Source: Thermodesulfobacteriota bacterium (GTDB lineage: Bacteria; Desulfobacterota; Desulfarculia; JACQYL01). Taken from it: 64,000 nucleotides of DNA. The DNA lies in the NCBI GenBank assembly GCA_963675595.2, contig CAXXLZ010000002.1, positions 992,001 to 1,056,000 on the forward strand. The letters are read 5' to 3'. Shown here one piece after another: positions 50,946 through 63,500 of the stretch. The number at the start of each line of letters is the position of its first letter. Within the stretch, counting starts at the first letter, position 1. Below the pieces are notes generated by a model. That model was given only the letters and a program-made list of their open reading frames with translations. It had not been told where the DNA came from and ran no database searches. A program made the position numbers and the translations under genes.

Positions 50946-51593
50946 ATGACTCTCAAAATCATGCTCGCCGATGACCACAAAGTGTTGCTGGAAGGACTGC
51001 GCGCTCTCATCAGCCAAGTGAAGAATCTTTCCGTTGAGGGTACCGCGCTTACGGGAAGGGAAGCGCTTCGACTGGCCGATGAGATCAAACCCGATATCGT
51101 CATCATGGACATCGGCATGCCGGACCTGAACGGCATCGAAGCGACCCGACGGATATTGACCAACCACCCTGGGACCAAGGTCATTGCATTATCCGTCCAT
51201 TCCGAAAGCAGGTATGTGACGGAGATGATTCGGGCCGGTGCCTCGGGTTACGTCCTGAAACAGTGCGCTTTCGAAGAAATCGAGCGGGCCATCGAAGCGG
51301 TCGCCGCTCATCAGGCCTACCTCAGTCCCGGAGTGGCGCGTGAGGTGTTCCGCCGACTCTCGGACCCCGAGACACAGGAACAGGAATCCGCCTTTTCAAC
51401 GCTTTCTTCCAGAGAACGAGAGATACTCCAGTTGTTGGCCGAGGGCAAGACCTCCCGTGAAGTATCGGAAACGATCAACATCAGTGTGAAAACCGTGGAC
51501 ACGCACAAACAAAACGTGATGCGAAAGTTGAATCTGGGGAGCTTCGCCGACCTCGTCAAGTATGCGGTGCGCCAGGGTTTGACGCCGTTATGA
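50946..51593 (+). CDS. NarL/FixJ-family response regulator, copy 1
   Basis: LADDH, MDIGMP, GYVLK, LS.RE.EILQL..EG, KTVDTHK.N.M.KL. Confidence 0.93.
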   Translation: MTLKIMLADDHKVLLEGLRALISQVKNLSVEGTALTGREALRLADEIKPDIVIMDIGMPDLNGIEATRRILTNHPGTKVIALSVHSESRYVTEMIRAGASGYVLKQCAFEEIERAIEAVAAHQAYLSPGVAREVFRRLSDPETQEQESAFSTLSSREREILQLLAEGKTSREVSETINISVKTVDTHKQNVMRKLNLGSFADLVKYAVRQGLTPL

Positions 51594-52099
51594 AGCACCA
51601 TGCGGCTCCGAGATTCGGGGCCTCCATTGCCCTCTGAATAAACTCCCGGGTCCGCATCCGGCCCCCGGATCGACTCCCAGCCTTCTTTGGGCACCTAATG
51701 CGCCGCAATGCAATGACAAGGCGACGAATTACTCCAAGCGGCATTGGTTCAGCAAAGAAATCCGATTCCTTCGGACCGGACTCGATGCAAGCCCCCTCCC
51801 GCCCAACGGCGCCTGTAACGGGCGCCCACCGCACGATTGACTTCATGGCATCTCGGGATTACAAAGGATCATGCGAGGCGAACCGGGGACCCATAATGTG
51901 CAGTGGCCACCGATGGATGGAGAGACGAGCCCGCCCCACGACCATCCGAAGAACGACTATTCGTCCCAAACTCGATGAATGAGGGCAAAGCTTCCGAATG
52001 GTCCGACGGGGTTGCGAAGCCCTCCGGAAATAAGGTGCGGTCCGTACACGTGTACTCTGAATCCTTCAGTCGAACACCCGCGGACCTCGCACGACTTCA

Positions 52100-54289
52100 A
52101 TGTTCGTGCACGTCGCTTGCCGCCGCTCAAGAAACGCGCGGATGCTTCGTTTCCAACAAAGGTCGTACATCTTGTTGAAGTCCGGTTCCCAGCTCATACT
52201 CCTTCTGTTGATCTCTTTGGGCCTAACGGGTCCGTTTTCATTCGCGTCCGAAGTGTCTCATGTCCGAGCTCTCCCGGTTTCCCCCACGGAAACCTGGATC
52301 GCCGCAGTACCGCGCGATCACCCGCCTCAATATTCAATGGGTCCGTCCGGAGCACCCGAGGGTTTCGCCATTGAAGTAATGGACATCCTGGCTCGAAGGG
52401 CCGGGGTCCTGGTTCGCTATGAGGTCAAGGACACCTGGTTGCAGGCGGCGGATTCGCTAAAGAACGGGGAAGTGCACCTTATCCCCAACATGGGAGTCAG
52501 CGAAGAGAGGAAAATCAGCTTCGACTTCACTTCCCCGGTGGAGGCCTACAACCAGTCCCTATTCATAAGAAGCAGCGCGAAAAACCTGGATCAAATCGAA
52601 GACCTGAAGTCCCGCAGAATTGCCGTCGTGCAATTCAACACCGCGCTTGAATTCCTCAAACCTCTCAATCTCAAACACGTAAGGGTCTATGCGGACTTCA
52701 ATAATGCGCTCTTCGGACTGCTGTCGGGCACCGTCGATGTTCTGGCATTCCCCGAACCGGTGTTCTTCTGCCTCGTAAGGAAGGCGGGCCTGCGGGATCG
52801 CGTCAAGAATACGACGATTTCTTTGGGCGAAGTCAAACGAGCCGTGGCGGTAAGAAAGGGTGATTCGCAACTACTGGAACGGCTCAAGCCGTTAGTGAAA
52901 GACTTCGTCGGCACTCCGGAATTCCATGCCATGTATACCAAGTGGTATGGAACGCCTCCGTCCTTCTGGAGCATATCCCGGGTCGTTTTGGCCATGGGAG
53001 CGTTGACCGCCCTCGTCGCCGCCGTCATGTTTCTGTGGCATTACCGAAGCATCATCAGGCTCAATCGGGACCTGTCCACCGCCGTGTCTCGTTTGGGCGT
53101 TGCGGAAGAACAACTCCGCGAGTCCAACGTGCAACTCGAAGAGCGAGTCAGAAAACGCACCGCGGCCATGGAAAGAACCAACAAGAAACTCCAGCGAGAG
53201 GTGGAGGAAAGACGTAGGCTCGAGGAAGCCCTGCTGGAAAGCAGAAAAACCCTGAATGCCATTCTGGATGCCTCACCCGCAGCCATCGCTCTGTTTGAGG
53301 AAGGCAGAATTGCTTGGTTTAACGATGCGCTGGTGCGCATATCCGGTTACGAGGCCGAAGAGCTCAAAGGAAGAATCGTATCTTCATTCTATCCTGACAA
53401 GGCACGCTTCTTGCTTGATGAAAAAGATATAATGGCCAGTCTCGATCAGACGGGAAAAGCAGTCAAAGACGCCCGTTTGATGTGCAGGGACGGCAGAATG
53501 ATAGACGTTATCTTCCAGGCTCGACTGCTGGACAGAGAAGACGTGGGAGGCGGAATCATAGCGGCCGTGATGGACATCACGGAACGCAAGAACAATGAAA
53601 AGGCCCTACTCGATTATCAAGAACGTCTGAAAAGCCTGCTGTCGGAAATCACCATGGCGGAAGAGCGTGAACGACGCAGACTGGCTGCGGACCTTCATGA
53701 CGGACTCAGCCAGGATCTGGCGCTTCTGCGAATCAGATTACAGCAGGCCATCAGCACGGCGGACCCGAGCATTCAGGATTCTTTGTTCAAAATTAGGAAC
53801 ATGGTCGATTCGATCTTAGAAAGCGCCCGCCAAGTCACTATGGAACTCAGCCCTCCGCTGCTCTATGATTTGGGATTCGACGCGGCGGTGGAATGGCTGA
53901 CGGACCGAGTCCGGCGGCGCAGCGGCCTATCCATTGTCCTGACGAAACATGGGGAATCCGGATCATTAAACGACGAGCTGTCCATCGCTCTATTCCGAAT
54001 GCTCAGGGAACTCTTACAGAACGTGGAAAAACACGCCGAAGCCAAGCGGGTCGAGATCATCCTCCGGTCCGAATCCGAATCAGTATCGTTGTGTGTCCGC
54101 GACGACGGTAAGGGGTTCGACCCCAAGGCGCAAGAGCACCTCGGGTCCAAAGGATTCGGCCTTTTCAGCATACGTGAGCGTATCACCACCATGCACGGCA
54201 AACTGGACTTGCAATCCGGCCCCGGACAGGGAACCTGTATCGCTCTGTGGCTGCCCGTTCCCCCGGCACTCGGGATTGGAGACGCGTAA
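52100..54289 (+). CDS. Sensor histidine kinase (periplasmic SBP family 3 - TM - PAS - HisKA_3 - HATPase)
   Basis: PP.Y..G.P.GF..E binding domain, TM, PAS ending DITE, ERERRRLAADLHD, E.LQN..KHA, DDGKGF, GFGL, G.GT. Start uncertain. Confidence 0.9.
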   Translation: MFVHVACRRSRNARMLRFQQRSYILLKSGSQLILLLLISLGLTGPFSFASEVSHVRALPVSPTETWIAAVPRDHPPQYSMGPSGAPEGFAIEVMDILARRAGVLVRYEVKDTWLQAADSLKNGEVHLIPNMGVSEERKISFDFTSPVEAYNQSLFIRSSAKNLDQIEDLKSRRIAVVQFNTALEFLKPLNLKHVRVYADFNNALFGLLSGTVDVLAFPEPVFFCLVRKAGLRDRVKNTTISLGEVKRAVAVRKGDSQLLERLKPLVKDFVGTPEFHAMYTKWYGTPPSFWSISRVVLAMGALTALVAAVMFLWHYRSIIRLNRDLSTAVSRLGVAEEQLRESNVQLEERVRKRTAAMERTNKKLQREVEERRRLEEALLESRKTLNAILDASPAAIALFEEGRIAWFNDALVRISGYEAEELKGRIVSSFYPDKARFLLDEKDIMASLDQTGKAVKDARLMCRDGRMIDVIFQARLLDREDVGGGIIAAVMDITERKNNEKALLDYQERLKSLLSEITMAEERERRRLAADLHDGLSQDLALLRIRLQQAISTADPSIQDSLFKIRNMVDSILESARQVTMELSPPLLYDLGFDAAVEWLTDRVRRRSGLSIVLTKHGESGSLNDELSIALFRMLRELLQNVEKHAEAKRVEIILRSESESVSLCVRDDGKGFDPKAQEHLGSKGFGLFSIRERITTMHGKLDLQSGPGQGTCIALWLPVPPALGIGDA

Positions 54290-54936
54290 TGAATTTGAAA
54301 ATCATGCTGGCCGACGACCACAGAGTCCTCTTGGAGGGGCTGCGCGCCCTCATCAGCGGGGTTCAGGGCCTGTCCGTGGCGGGCACGGCGTTTACGGGAC
54401 ACGAGGCATTGCGTTTGGCGGATGAAATCAAACCGGACATCGTCATCATGGACATCGGGATGCCGGACATGAACGGCATCGAAGCAACCCGGCGAATCAT
54501 TTCGAACCATCCCGGAACCAAAGTCATTGCATTGTCCGTCCACTCCGAAGGCAAGTATGTGATGGAGATGATTCGGGCGGGCGCCGCCGGCTACGTGTTG
54601 AAGGAATGTGCCTTTGAAGAGATAGAGCGGGCCATCGGAGCGGTCGTTGATCACCAGGCCTATCTGAGTCCCGGCGTAACCCGTGAAGTATTTCAAGGCC
54701 TCTCCGATCCCGAAGCACGGCAACCCGAGTCCGCCTTCTCTTTGCTGTCTTCCCGCGAACGCGAGATTCTTCAGTTGCTGGCCGAGGGAAAAACCGTTCG
54801 CGAAGTGGCGGACACGATCAATGTCAGTGTCAAGACCGTGGATACCCACAAGCAGAACGTGATGCGGAAGCTCAACCTCGGCAGCTTCGCGGAGCTGATC
54901 AAATACGCGGTACGCCAAGGACTGACGCCCCTATAA
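54289..54936 (+). CDS. NarL/FixJ-family response regulator, copy 2
   Basis: ATG overlaps the kinase stop (TAATG). Highly similar to 50946-51593. Confidence 0.93.
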   Translation: MNLKIMLADDHRVLLEGLRALISGVQGLSVAGTAFTGHEALRLADEIKPDIVIMDIGMPDMNGIEATRRIISNHPGTKVIALSVHSEGKYVMEMIRAGAAGYVLKECAFEEIERAIGAVVDHQAYLSPGVTREVFQGLSDPEARQPESAFSLLSSREREILQLLAEGKTVREVADTINVSVKTVDTHKQNVMRKLNLGSFAELIKYAVRQGLTPL

Positions 54937-55555
54937 GCCGCGGTCGGGCTACGAAATTCGAAGCCTTCATCGGAAACAAAGCCCACCTTACGAGGCCGAC
55001 ACCCGCCGCCTCGCTCATTCTCAGCCCAAACCTTTGCGTTCCGTGAGATTCCCTTCGGTGAGTCCATGTGGGGAGAGCGCCAAACCAGGTATCCCCCCCC
55101 CCTCGAATCAGGTTTTTGGAACCAAAAAATCCGCAGTGCGCTTATTGCCCGTTTTAAGGAATTCTGCCAGAATTTGTATTATATTTTCGATCCAAACGTT
55201 GCGGCGGCCCAACCGTCTGTTTTCTCCATCGACGGCTCATACTTACCGGGCGGATGGGGTCACGTCGCTTCTTACCCCCTCTCACTTCCCATTGATCCAG
55301 GAATGGCGAAACATTGCATTGTTTCGCTTGATATATGCAATCTCCGGAGTGCGCCGCGAGCGCGTTCCTTATGTCCCGAGGACGAGCCGCACCGAACCCG
55401 TACTTCGAACCGCGGATCGAGAAGAACCCGGTCCCGGAATCCCCATGTTGAGTCCTCCGGCCTCGTGGTTTTCTTGTGGTTTTTACATACCCGAGAGACA
55501 CGGACCGATAACGCTCGAAACTTTCAGCGCATACCTTGATCAAGGAGGCTCCCTC

Positions 55556-57490
55556 ATGAGGAAGGCGACCATTAGACGCAGGCTCGTTGCCTTGGTGCTC
55601 GGCATGGTTTTGTTGGTGGCTCTGGTGTCGGTTTTCTTCTTGAACCGCTTCGGTGTCGTGGTTGGATACTACGAGGATATCACGGAGGTCAGAATCCCAC
55701 AGCAAGCCGTTGCAGACCGGATGATCGGCACATTGCTCGAGGTTCAATTGTCCCTGAACGAGCTTTACGCAGTGAATCGCAGCAGTGATGAGCTCCAGGC
55801 GTATTCACAAAGAGTCCGAAATGGTCTCCAACAATGTGAAGCGCTGATGGAAGCGATTCTCAATGGGTCCTCGAACCTCGGAACCATCATGCCCGGAATG
55901 GAGGGGATGACCCTACCGCCTTGCCGTGAGGGAGGGCGAATCGAAAAACTCATTCACAAAGGAGAACCTGTATTCGCCGAATTCAGTGACCTTATCCAAA
56001 ATGTTCTTGAGCTCAAGAAAGCACAGGTGAATCTCGTAAGGGAAATCGGATGGTACGACTCCGCCGAGAACCGCTTCGGCGCCGTGGGAACCCTGGTGGA
56101 GGCCGGTCGAGAAATGGAAACCCTGGCGAATGACGATCAGGTCAAGCTGTTGGTGGCCGAAATTCGTCGACAGGAGAAGAACATTCTCCAACGGGCCGAC
56201 CAGAGGTACATCGACCGGTGGAAAGAAGCCGCGGAACGACTGAAGCCGTTGGCCGTCGGAGACATGAGCGGAATCCTCCGGAATTACGTACGAACCTTTG
56301 AGGGGATATTCGAAAAGATCCCGGCCAGAGACGAGTCCATAGACCGCATCAGGTCGCTCATGACGGGAGAGATCAAAACGAGCCGAACAAAGATCGAAGG
56401 CGCCGCAAACGAGATTGCCGACAGAGCTCGAGAACAACTCATGGAAGGCAACCGGGCTGCACGGTCCGTAGAGGAATCCGCCAGGACATGGATTACCGCC
56501 ATCGCAGCCTGCATCGCCCTCGGGGCTCTCTTTTTCGGATGGTTGGTTTCGGATCGCATCAACAAGGTCCTGGGCGAAATCATCGGTTCCCTGAACGATG
56601 GTTCCGAGCAACTGGTCGCCGCTTCAACCCAGCTCGCGGCTTCCAGTCAATCCATTGCCGAGGGGGCTTCAGAACAGGCCGCATCATTAGAAGAGACTTC
56701 CGCCTCATTGGAAGAGATGGCCACCATGGCCAGAGGAAACGCCGAGCACGCCTCACAGGCGGATCGGCTGATGCGGAATACACGGGAAGAGGTCGGCAAA
56801 GCCCAAAAGGCCATGGCCGAACTTACTCGATCCATGGAGGATATCTCGACGGCCAGTGGGGAGATATCAAAGATCACCAAAACCATTGATGAGATCGCTT
56901 TCCAGACCAACCTTCTAGCGCTGAACGCAGCGGTGGAAGCGGCCAGGGCGGGTGAACACGGAGTGGGGTTCGCGGTTGTGGCGGAAGAAGTCCGCAATCT
57001 TGCCATGCGGGCGGGAGAAGCCGCTAAGGAAGTGGGAATCCTCATTGAAACGACCGGGCGGCGGGTCAATAACAGCTCGGCCCTTGTCGGGGAAACCAAC
57101 GGAGCGGTTGCTTCGGTCTCTTCCAGCGCCGAAAAGGTGGCCGGGTTCATCGCTGAGATATCCGCCGCTTCCGGCGAACAGTCCCAAGGAGTGAGCCAGA
57201 TCAATCGAGCGGTGTCCGAAATGGACAAAGTGATTCAACGAAACTCATCGGGGGCGGAGGAATCCGCGGGTGCGGCGGAAGAGCTGAGTTCCCAGGCGGA
57301 ATTGATCAAGGACACCATCATGCAGCTGATGGTGCTGGTCGGACAAACCAAAAACGCCGATACTCGAAAGCGGATATCCGTAAGGAATCCGGAAGGAGAT
57401 CATGGGAAGAAGTCTATGCCGATCCTCGGCTCCCTGAGAGCGCCCAAGAGAGTCAACGAGTTACGCGCCCTTCCGGAGCACTTGGGCTGA
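55556..57490 (+). CDS. Methyl-accepting chemotaxis protein
   Basis: Two TMs around a periplasmic domain; [42 protein letters not shown] ggagg before ATG at 55556. Confidence 0.95.
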   Translation: MRKATIRRRLVALVLGMVLLVALVSVFFLNRFGVVVGYYEDITEVRIPQQAVADRMIGTLLEVQLSLNELYAVNRSSDELQAYSQRVRNGLQQCEALMEAILNGSSNLGTIMPGMEGMTLPPCREGGRIEKLIHKGEPVFAEFSDLIQNVLELKKAQVNLVREIGWYDSAENRFGAVGTLVEAGREMETLANDDQVKLLVAEIRRQEKNILQRADQRYIDRWKEAAERLKPLAVGDMSGILRNYVRTFEGIFEKIPARDESIDRIRSLMTGEIKTSRTKIEGAANEIADRAREQLMEGNRAARSVEESARTWITAIAACIALGALFFGWLVSDRINKVLGEIIGSLNDGSEQLVAASTQLAASSQSIAEGASEQAASLEETSASLEEMATMARGNAEHASQADRLMRNTREEVGKAQKAMAELTRSMEDISTASGEISKITKTIDEIAFQTNLLALNAAVEAARAGEHGVGFAVVAEEVRNLAMRAGEAAKEVGILIETTGRRVNNSSALVGETNGAVASVSSSAEKVAGFIAEISAASGEQSQGVSQINRAVSEMDKVIQRNSSGAEESAGAAEELSSQAELIKDTIMQLMVLVGQTKNADTRKRISVRNPEGDHGKKSMPILGSLRAPKRVNELRALPEHLG

Positions 57491-57816
57491 TGACTCATCG
57501 ACGAAAACCGAAAAAACATTCTCCGACGCTTCAGAGAACCATGAAACGCGGTTCTTCCCCCGGGTGGAGCGCACTGCCTCTCCGGGGGTTGGACGAGGCA
57601 GGCGCCCGGGACGAAGCTTCCGAACGTCTATTCTTCCCGGCCTCGTTGAGACGAGGGCTTGCCTTCGCTTGGTCGGTGCATGTGATATCGCGATGATTCA
57701 AGCATCCCCGACAACCGTCCCGGTGCAAGCGAGCGTCATGACGGGCTCCTGCGAGAGTCGGCCCCTCTATAACGAAACGGAAACGAGGAAAGCGTGTTGA
57801 CACCCTCTGATCCCGG

Positions 57817-60447
57817 ATGTTCGTGGGTCCTATTTCGAGGTCGACGGCCTTGAACCTGTTCCCGATCATTCTCGTTTCGCTGCTTCTCCAGATCACCGCT
57901 GCCGTTCTGGCATTACGACTGATTAGGATCACGGGCCGTCGAAGAGCTTGGCTGTTGATCGCTACTGCGGCCATCGGCATGGCCGTTCGCCGCTTGTTGG
58001 CCCTCTACGCATCGTGGGGCGACGGTTCGCCCCCTGAGCTCGGCGGCATCGGCTCCGAGGAACTCGTGGCGCTGATTACCTCGGCCTTAATGGTGGGCGG
58101 AATGGCGTTGATCAGACCCATCTTCCTGGACTTTCGGCGATCGGAAGAAGAAATCAGGGAGAGTCGGGAACGCTACCGTTCCGTATTCGAACTTTCGAGG
58201 GACGCCATCGTCATTTCCTCCCCGGACGGTTGGATCGAAGACGTAAATCCGGCCGCAGCGCATATGTTCGGCTGTCCGCGGAGTGAATTGATCGGCACGA
58301 ATATCGAGAATTGGCACACCAAGCCCGTGCGACAAGCTCTGTTCGCAAGCGACATCGGCGCTGCCGGTTTTGTCTCCGATTGGGAAGCCGAAATGACTAC
58401 GAAACAAGGACAGACCATTCAATGTGAAATCAGTGCCACATTGAGGAAAGGCCTGTCGGGAGAAGTCCTGGGGCATCAATCACTTTTCCGCGACGTCACC
58501 GAGAAGAAACAGGCACAGAAGGCGCTCAGAGAAAGCAAGGAACTCCTGGACGCCATACTGGCGGCATCCGCCGTGGGCATTTGCATGGTCCGGGATCGTG
58601 AGGTCAAATGGGCGAATCAAGCTCTGCTTGATATCTTGGGCTATGAGCAGTCCGACATGATCGGCCAACCCACGAGAATCGCGTATCCCGACGAGGCCGA
58701 ATTCCTGCGTGTGGGCAAAGACCTCATCCCAAGCCTGAGAAGCTTTGGCCAAGCAGCCTTGGATGCCCGCTGGATTAGAAAAGACGGGGAGGAAATCCAC
58801 GTTTATCTCCAGGCCCGAAGCCTGGATCCAACCAACTTCTCCCGCGGCTTCATCGCTTCCGCCACGGACATCACCCAGAGAAAATGTTCGGAGGAAGCTT
58901 TGGAGCGGTCCGAAGAGAAATACCGGCTTGTTCTGGATCATGCCGGTGAGGCCATTTTTGTGGCCCAAGAGGGTTGGATCCTATTCTGCAACCCCATGAC
59001 CGAAAAATTGTTCGGTTTTTCCGAGGAGGAGCTGAAGAGAATCCCGTTAATCGACCTCTTACAAGCGGAGGACCATGTCGCATTTCAGGTTCTCGACGAA
59101 AACAATCTGAAAGGACACGAATCCACCACTATCCAGACCGTTCGTTTCACGGCCAAAGGCGGCAAGTCCAGGTGGCTGGAGATGACGGGCGTTCCCGTTG
59201 TCTGGGACGACCTGCCCGCATCGTTGGTTTTCGTGCGGGATGTTACCCGCCAGAAGGAACTGGAACGGCAACTGCTTCATTCTCAGAAAATGGAAGCCAT
59301 CGGCCGTCTCGCGGGAGGGGTGGCTCATGACTTCAACAACCTGCTCCTCGTGATCAACGGCTACAGTGAAATGGCCCTCCAAAGTTCCGAATGCGGGGAA
59401 CACATGAGGGAAATCATACAAGGAATCCATGAAGCGGGTGAGAGCGCCGCCGCGTTAACGCGCCAATTGCTCGCTTTCAGCCATCAACGGTTGGCGACTC
59501 CCAAGAAACTCGACCTCAACGAAGTGGTTTCGGGAATGGACAGGATGCTGAGGCGTGTCATCGGAGAGGATATCGAGCTGTCCTTGAAGCTTCAGGAAGA
59601 CCTTTGGCCCGTGGAGGGAGACACCGGGGAGCTGGAGCAGGTAATCATGAACTTGGCGGTAAATGCCCGAGATGCTATGCCGCGCGGCGGAGAGCTTACG
59701 GTGGAGACGGGCAACGTCACCCTGACCCCCGATTATACGGAAGAGCAAATCGATTTGACGCCCGGTCCCCATGTGATGCTGACGGTGAGCGATACGGGAA
59801 AGGGAATGGACGCCTTCGTACAGAGCCACCTGTTTGAGCCGTTTTTCACGACCAAGGAAATGGGACAGGGTTCCGGCCTCGGGCTGTCCATCGTCTATGG
59901 AATTGTGAGGAAATATGGAGGAAACATCCACGTATACAGCGAACCGGACCAGGGGACCACTTTCAGGGCCTACTTCCCCCGAGTGGAACAGGCCGCTGTG
60001 GAGATGAAGCCACAGGAGACCCAGGCTGATACGCAAAGGGGACAGGGAACGATCTTGTTGGTGGAGGATGAAGACAAGGTCCGCGCTCTGGTGGCCGAAG
60101 TGCTGCGTCGGTTCGGCTTCAAGGTTTTGCAGGCCTCCGGGTACGACGAGGCCGTCGATCTGGTGTTCAACGGCAATGAGCCCGTGCATCTCCTGATCAG
60201 TGACGTGGTGATGCCGAAAATGAACGGGTTCGATCTGGCGGCGCGCATACGTCAACTAAGACCCGGAATCGAGGTTATCCTGATGTCGGGTTACACCGAA
60301 ACCCACATTTCCCGAAAGAACTCCATCGAACCCGACTACGCCTTCATCCAGAAACCGTTTGCCATCGGCGCTCTGATCGACAAAATCCATGAGAAGCTGA
60401 ACGTGAAGAAGCAAAGCACTACTCAAATCCCTCCCCACGCGCTCTAA
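57817..60447 (+). CDS. Hybrid sensor kinase (TMs - 3 PAS - HisKA - HATPase - REC)
   Basis: QKMEAIGRLAGGVAHDFNN, NLAVNARDAM, DTG.GM, FEPFFTTK, GLGLS, ILLVEDE, SDVVMP, KPF. Start may be TTG at 57850. Confidence 0.94.
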   Translation: MFVGPISRSTALNLFPIILVSLLLQITAAVLALRLIRITGRRRAWLLIATAAIGMAVRRLLALYASWGDGSPPELGGIGSEELVALITSALMVGGMALIRPIFLDFRRSEEEIRESRERYRSVFELSRDAIVISSPDGWIEDVNPAAAHMFGCPRSELIGTNIENWHTKPVRQALFASDIGAAGFVSDWEAEMTTKQGQTIQCEISATLRKGLSGEVLGHQSLFRDVTEKKQAQKALRESKELLDAILAASAVGICMVRDREVKWANQALLDILGYEQSDMIGQPTRIAYPDEAEFLRVGKDLIPSLRSFGQAALDARWIRKDGEEIHVYLQARSLDPTNFSRGFIASATDITQRKCSEEALERSEEKYRLVLDHAGEAIFVAQEGWILFCNPMTEKLFGFSEEELKRIPLIDLLQAEDHVAFQVLDENNLKGHESTTIQTVRFTAKGGKSRWLEMTGVPVVWDDLPASLVFVRDVTRQKELERQLLHSQKMEAIGRLAGGVAHDFNNLLLVINGYSEMALQSSECGEHMREIIQGIHEAGESAAALTRQLLAFSHQRLATPKKLDLNEVVSGMDRMLRRVIGEDIELSLKLQEDLWPVEGDTGELEQVIMNLAVNARDAMPRGGELTVETGNVTLTPDYTEEQIDLTPGPHVMLTVSDTGKGMDAFVQSHLFEPFFTTKEMGQGSGLGLSIVYGIVRKYGGNIHVYSEPDQGTTFRAYFPRVEQAAVEMKPQETQADTQRGQGTILLVEDEDKVRALVAEVLRRFGFKVLQASGYDEAVDLVFNGNEPVHLLISDVVMPKMNGFDLAARIRQLRPGIEVILMSGYTETHISRKNSIEPDYAFIQKPFAIGALIDKIHEKLNVKKQSTTQIPPHAL

Positions 60448-60582
60448 CATGTCTTTATGCTCCGCCTTCGACATGAAAGACGCCATAACCCTTGCATCAC
60501 GGAACTTCTTCTTTCAGGAATTGATCATGTCCACCTTGGCTACAATGCGATATTTTATAGAAACGGCAGGTTGAAGACGATT

Positions 60583-63500
60583 TCAGGCTTTGCGGCCTCC
60601 AACACTTTTGAGGAGTACGGGAAGCACGATCAGCACCAGGGGGATCTGAACGATCAAGCCGGATATGATTGCAACGGCGAGGGGCTGTTGCATGGCTGAT
60701 CCCCGGCCGATGCCCAAAGCAAGTGGGAGGAGTGCCAGAATAGTCGCCAGAGTTGTCATGGCGATGGGTCTCATTCGGTTTTTCCCGGCACTGATCAGAG
60801 TGACGGCGTTATTTTCCTCACCGGGCAAACTGTAATATTCCGAGACGTAAAAGATGCCCACTTCGGTCACTATGCCCACGATCATGGTCATGCCCATCAT
60901 CGACGTGATATTCAGCTCCGTTCCGGTGATCCACAGGCCGATGAATACCGTGCAAACGGCCATCAGAGTGGTTACCAGGATCGAGCCTGCAACCCGGAAG
61001 CTCTCATAGAGGAAGAGTAACAGGCAGAACACGAGAAGAACGGCGGCCAAGAAAACCGTCATGAGCCCTGAGAAAGCAATTTGCTGCTGCTCATACAGTC
61101 CGCCCATGCTCCAATAGACATCTTTGGGCAGAAGGCCGGGCCGATTAAGAATCTCTTTTATCCGGCTGATCACCGATCCCATGTCACTGCCGCTGATACG
61201 GCCGGTAACCGCGATCATGCGTTTGAGGTCGTCACGCATGATCTGTGGCTGCCCGGTGATCAACTCAATGCTTCCAATCCTTTCAATCGGGAAGAGATGC
61301 CCGTCCGGAGCACGAAGCTGCAGGCGTCGAACATCCCAAACCGTTCTACGCGAGGCGTCGGGGACCCACACTCTCACACCGACCATTTTTGGCCCCCGCC
61401 GGACGTGGGTTGTGATAACCCCGCTCAAGACTTCATGGAGGCTGTCTGTAATCGATTCGGGGTCCACTCCCTCAAGCGAAGCCCTGTCTCTATCGATTTT
61501 GATGTTGAGTGCATCGCCCGCAAACACGACTCCATCGTTCACTTCCACCACACCAGGAACCTTGGAAACGGCATCCGCTACTTTGGGTCCCAGTTCGCCG
61601 AGGAGTCGGCCGTTGTCTGAATAGATCTTGATTTCAATCGGCTGAGGCACAGCAGTGAGATCCCCGATGAGATCTTCCATAAGCTGAGCCATCTCGATGT
61701 GGACACCGGGGACGGAGTGCCGAATCTTCGTTTGCACGTCGTCCATAACCGTCCATATGGAGGGGCGAGGAAGGGGCTTTAGGCGTACGAAGAAATCACC
61801 TTCGTTCGCCTCACTCAGTGAGCCGCCCAGCGCGAGGCCGGTGCGGCGAGAATAGGTTGAGACGGCCGGTGTGGAAAGAAGGATGCCCTCGACCTGACGC
61901 AGCAGCCGGTCCGTCTCCGAAAGGGAAGTGCCCGCCGCTGTTCTGTAATCGAGAATAAATCCCCCCTCATCCATGGAGGGCATGAATCCGGAGCCGACTC
62001 GCGAATAGCCCAGCCAACCAAGCAGAATCAGAGGCAAGACGAACAAGATCACCAGAGAACGATGTTCCAGCATCCGGCGCATGAGGGCTTCGTATCCTTG
62101 ATGCATCCGGAGTGCCAGAGGCCCGCCTTCTTTTGCTTGTGCGTCTTTTGCGCTCAGTATGTGGTCTGCCAGAAGCGGTTCCGCCAGCCACGCGACCAGA
62201 AAGGATATGAACAAAGCGGCCGCCATGGTGAGGGAAAGAGATTTGAAGAAAGCCCCCGTGACACCCGACAAGAAAGCCAGCGGAAGAAAAATGATGATCG
62301 TCGAAGCAGAGGAGCCCATGAGTGGTCCGCTGAATTCCCGTACGGCGCTCATCACCTGACGATGATGATCGCCGGTGCCGCCGCGCAGCCTTCTAATGAT
62401 ATGCTCTACCATAACTATGGTATCGTCGATGATGAGGCCGACGGCCGCCGCCATACCTCCAAGGGTCATGATGTTCAAGCTCATATGCAACGCATGGAGG
62501 AGGAACATGGTGGCTGCGAGAACGCTCGGTACGGAGATGACGGCGATCAAGGTGATTTTCAGACTGCGCAGAAAGAGGAGCAGAATCAGGGCCGCCAGCA
62601 GCACGCCGATGAGAATCGCATCGCGCACACTTGCAGCCGAGGAAAGGATCAGCTCGCTCTGATCGTACCAGTTGGAAATCTTCACGTCCTTGGGTAGGTG
62701 CTTGCGATACCCGGCGAGCTTCGTTTTCAGCTCGCGATCAATTTGCACCGTGTTGCCTCCAGGCTGCTGGTAAATCTGAAAGATCACGGCGTCTCGCCCG
62801 TCTGCCGTAACTTTGGTCCATTGCGGCACTGTTGACCGAGCCACTGTGGCCACGTCTTTGACGAACACGACTCCGTCTTTCTCGGACCGGAGGGCGGTCA
62901 TGCTGATACTGGAAAGGTCCGTAAATCGCGTATCCGAGACGATTAGGTACAGCTTGTAGTGATCCTCGACGCGACCGACCGCTGTAATGATATTCGACGC
63001 CGAAAGGGCCTTTGACACATCGCCGAGTGAGAGGCCGAAAGAGACAAGCTTTGCGGGATTCACCGTGACGCGGTACTCCTCTTTCTCTCCACCCACAACT
63101 CCGACCCTGGCGACTCCCTTGACCGTGGAGAGGAGGGGTCGGAGCTGATAAAGAGCGATATCCCGGAGCTCAACGAGAGAATGTTTTTCCGAAGTCATGC
63201 TGTAAGCCAGCACGGGGAATACCGTGGGATCCATGCGTCGGACTGCGAAAACGGTCTCTTTGGGAAGTTGCGAAAGTGTTTGGTTTATGGCTGATTCGAC
63301 CAGGAGCAGGCTGGACACCATGTCCTGTCCCCACTCGAACTTGACCGAAATATCGGCGCCACCCCGACTCGTGGTCGATCGGATATTGACCACACCGGGA
63401 ACCCCTCGTATGGCCTCCTCAACCGGCCAAGTGACCTCCAAAGCCGTCTGGTCCGCCGGACGATCTCCAGCGTCCAGGCTGACCTCGATTCGAGGAAAGC

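Noticed and set aside
51975-52040. Possible c-di-GMP-I riboswitch (gggcaaa...)
   Set aside because: Lacks the GAAA tetraloop stem and GACGCAAA receptor pattern.
55034-55555. 174-aa N-terminal extension of the MCP ORF
   Set aside because: No recognisable domain; a strong RBS and the first TM support the start at 55556.
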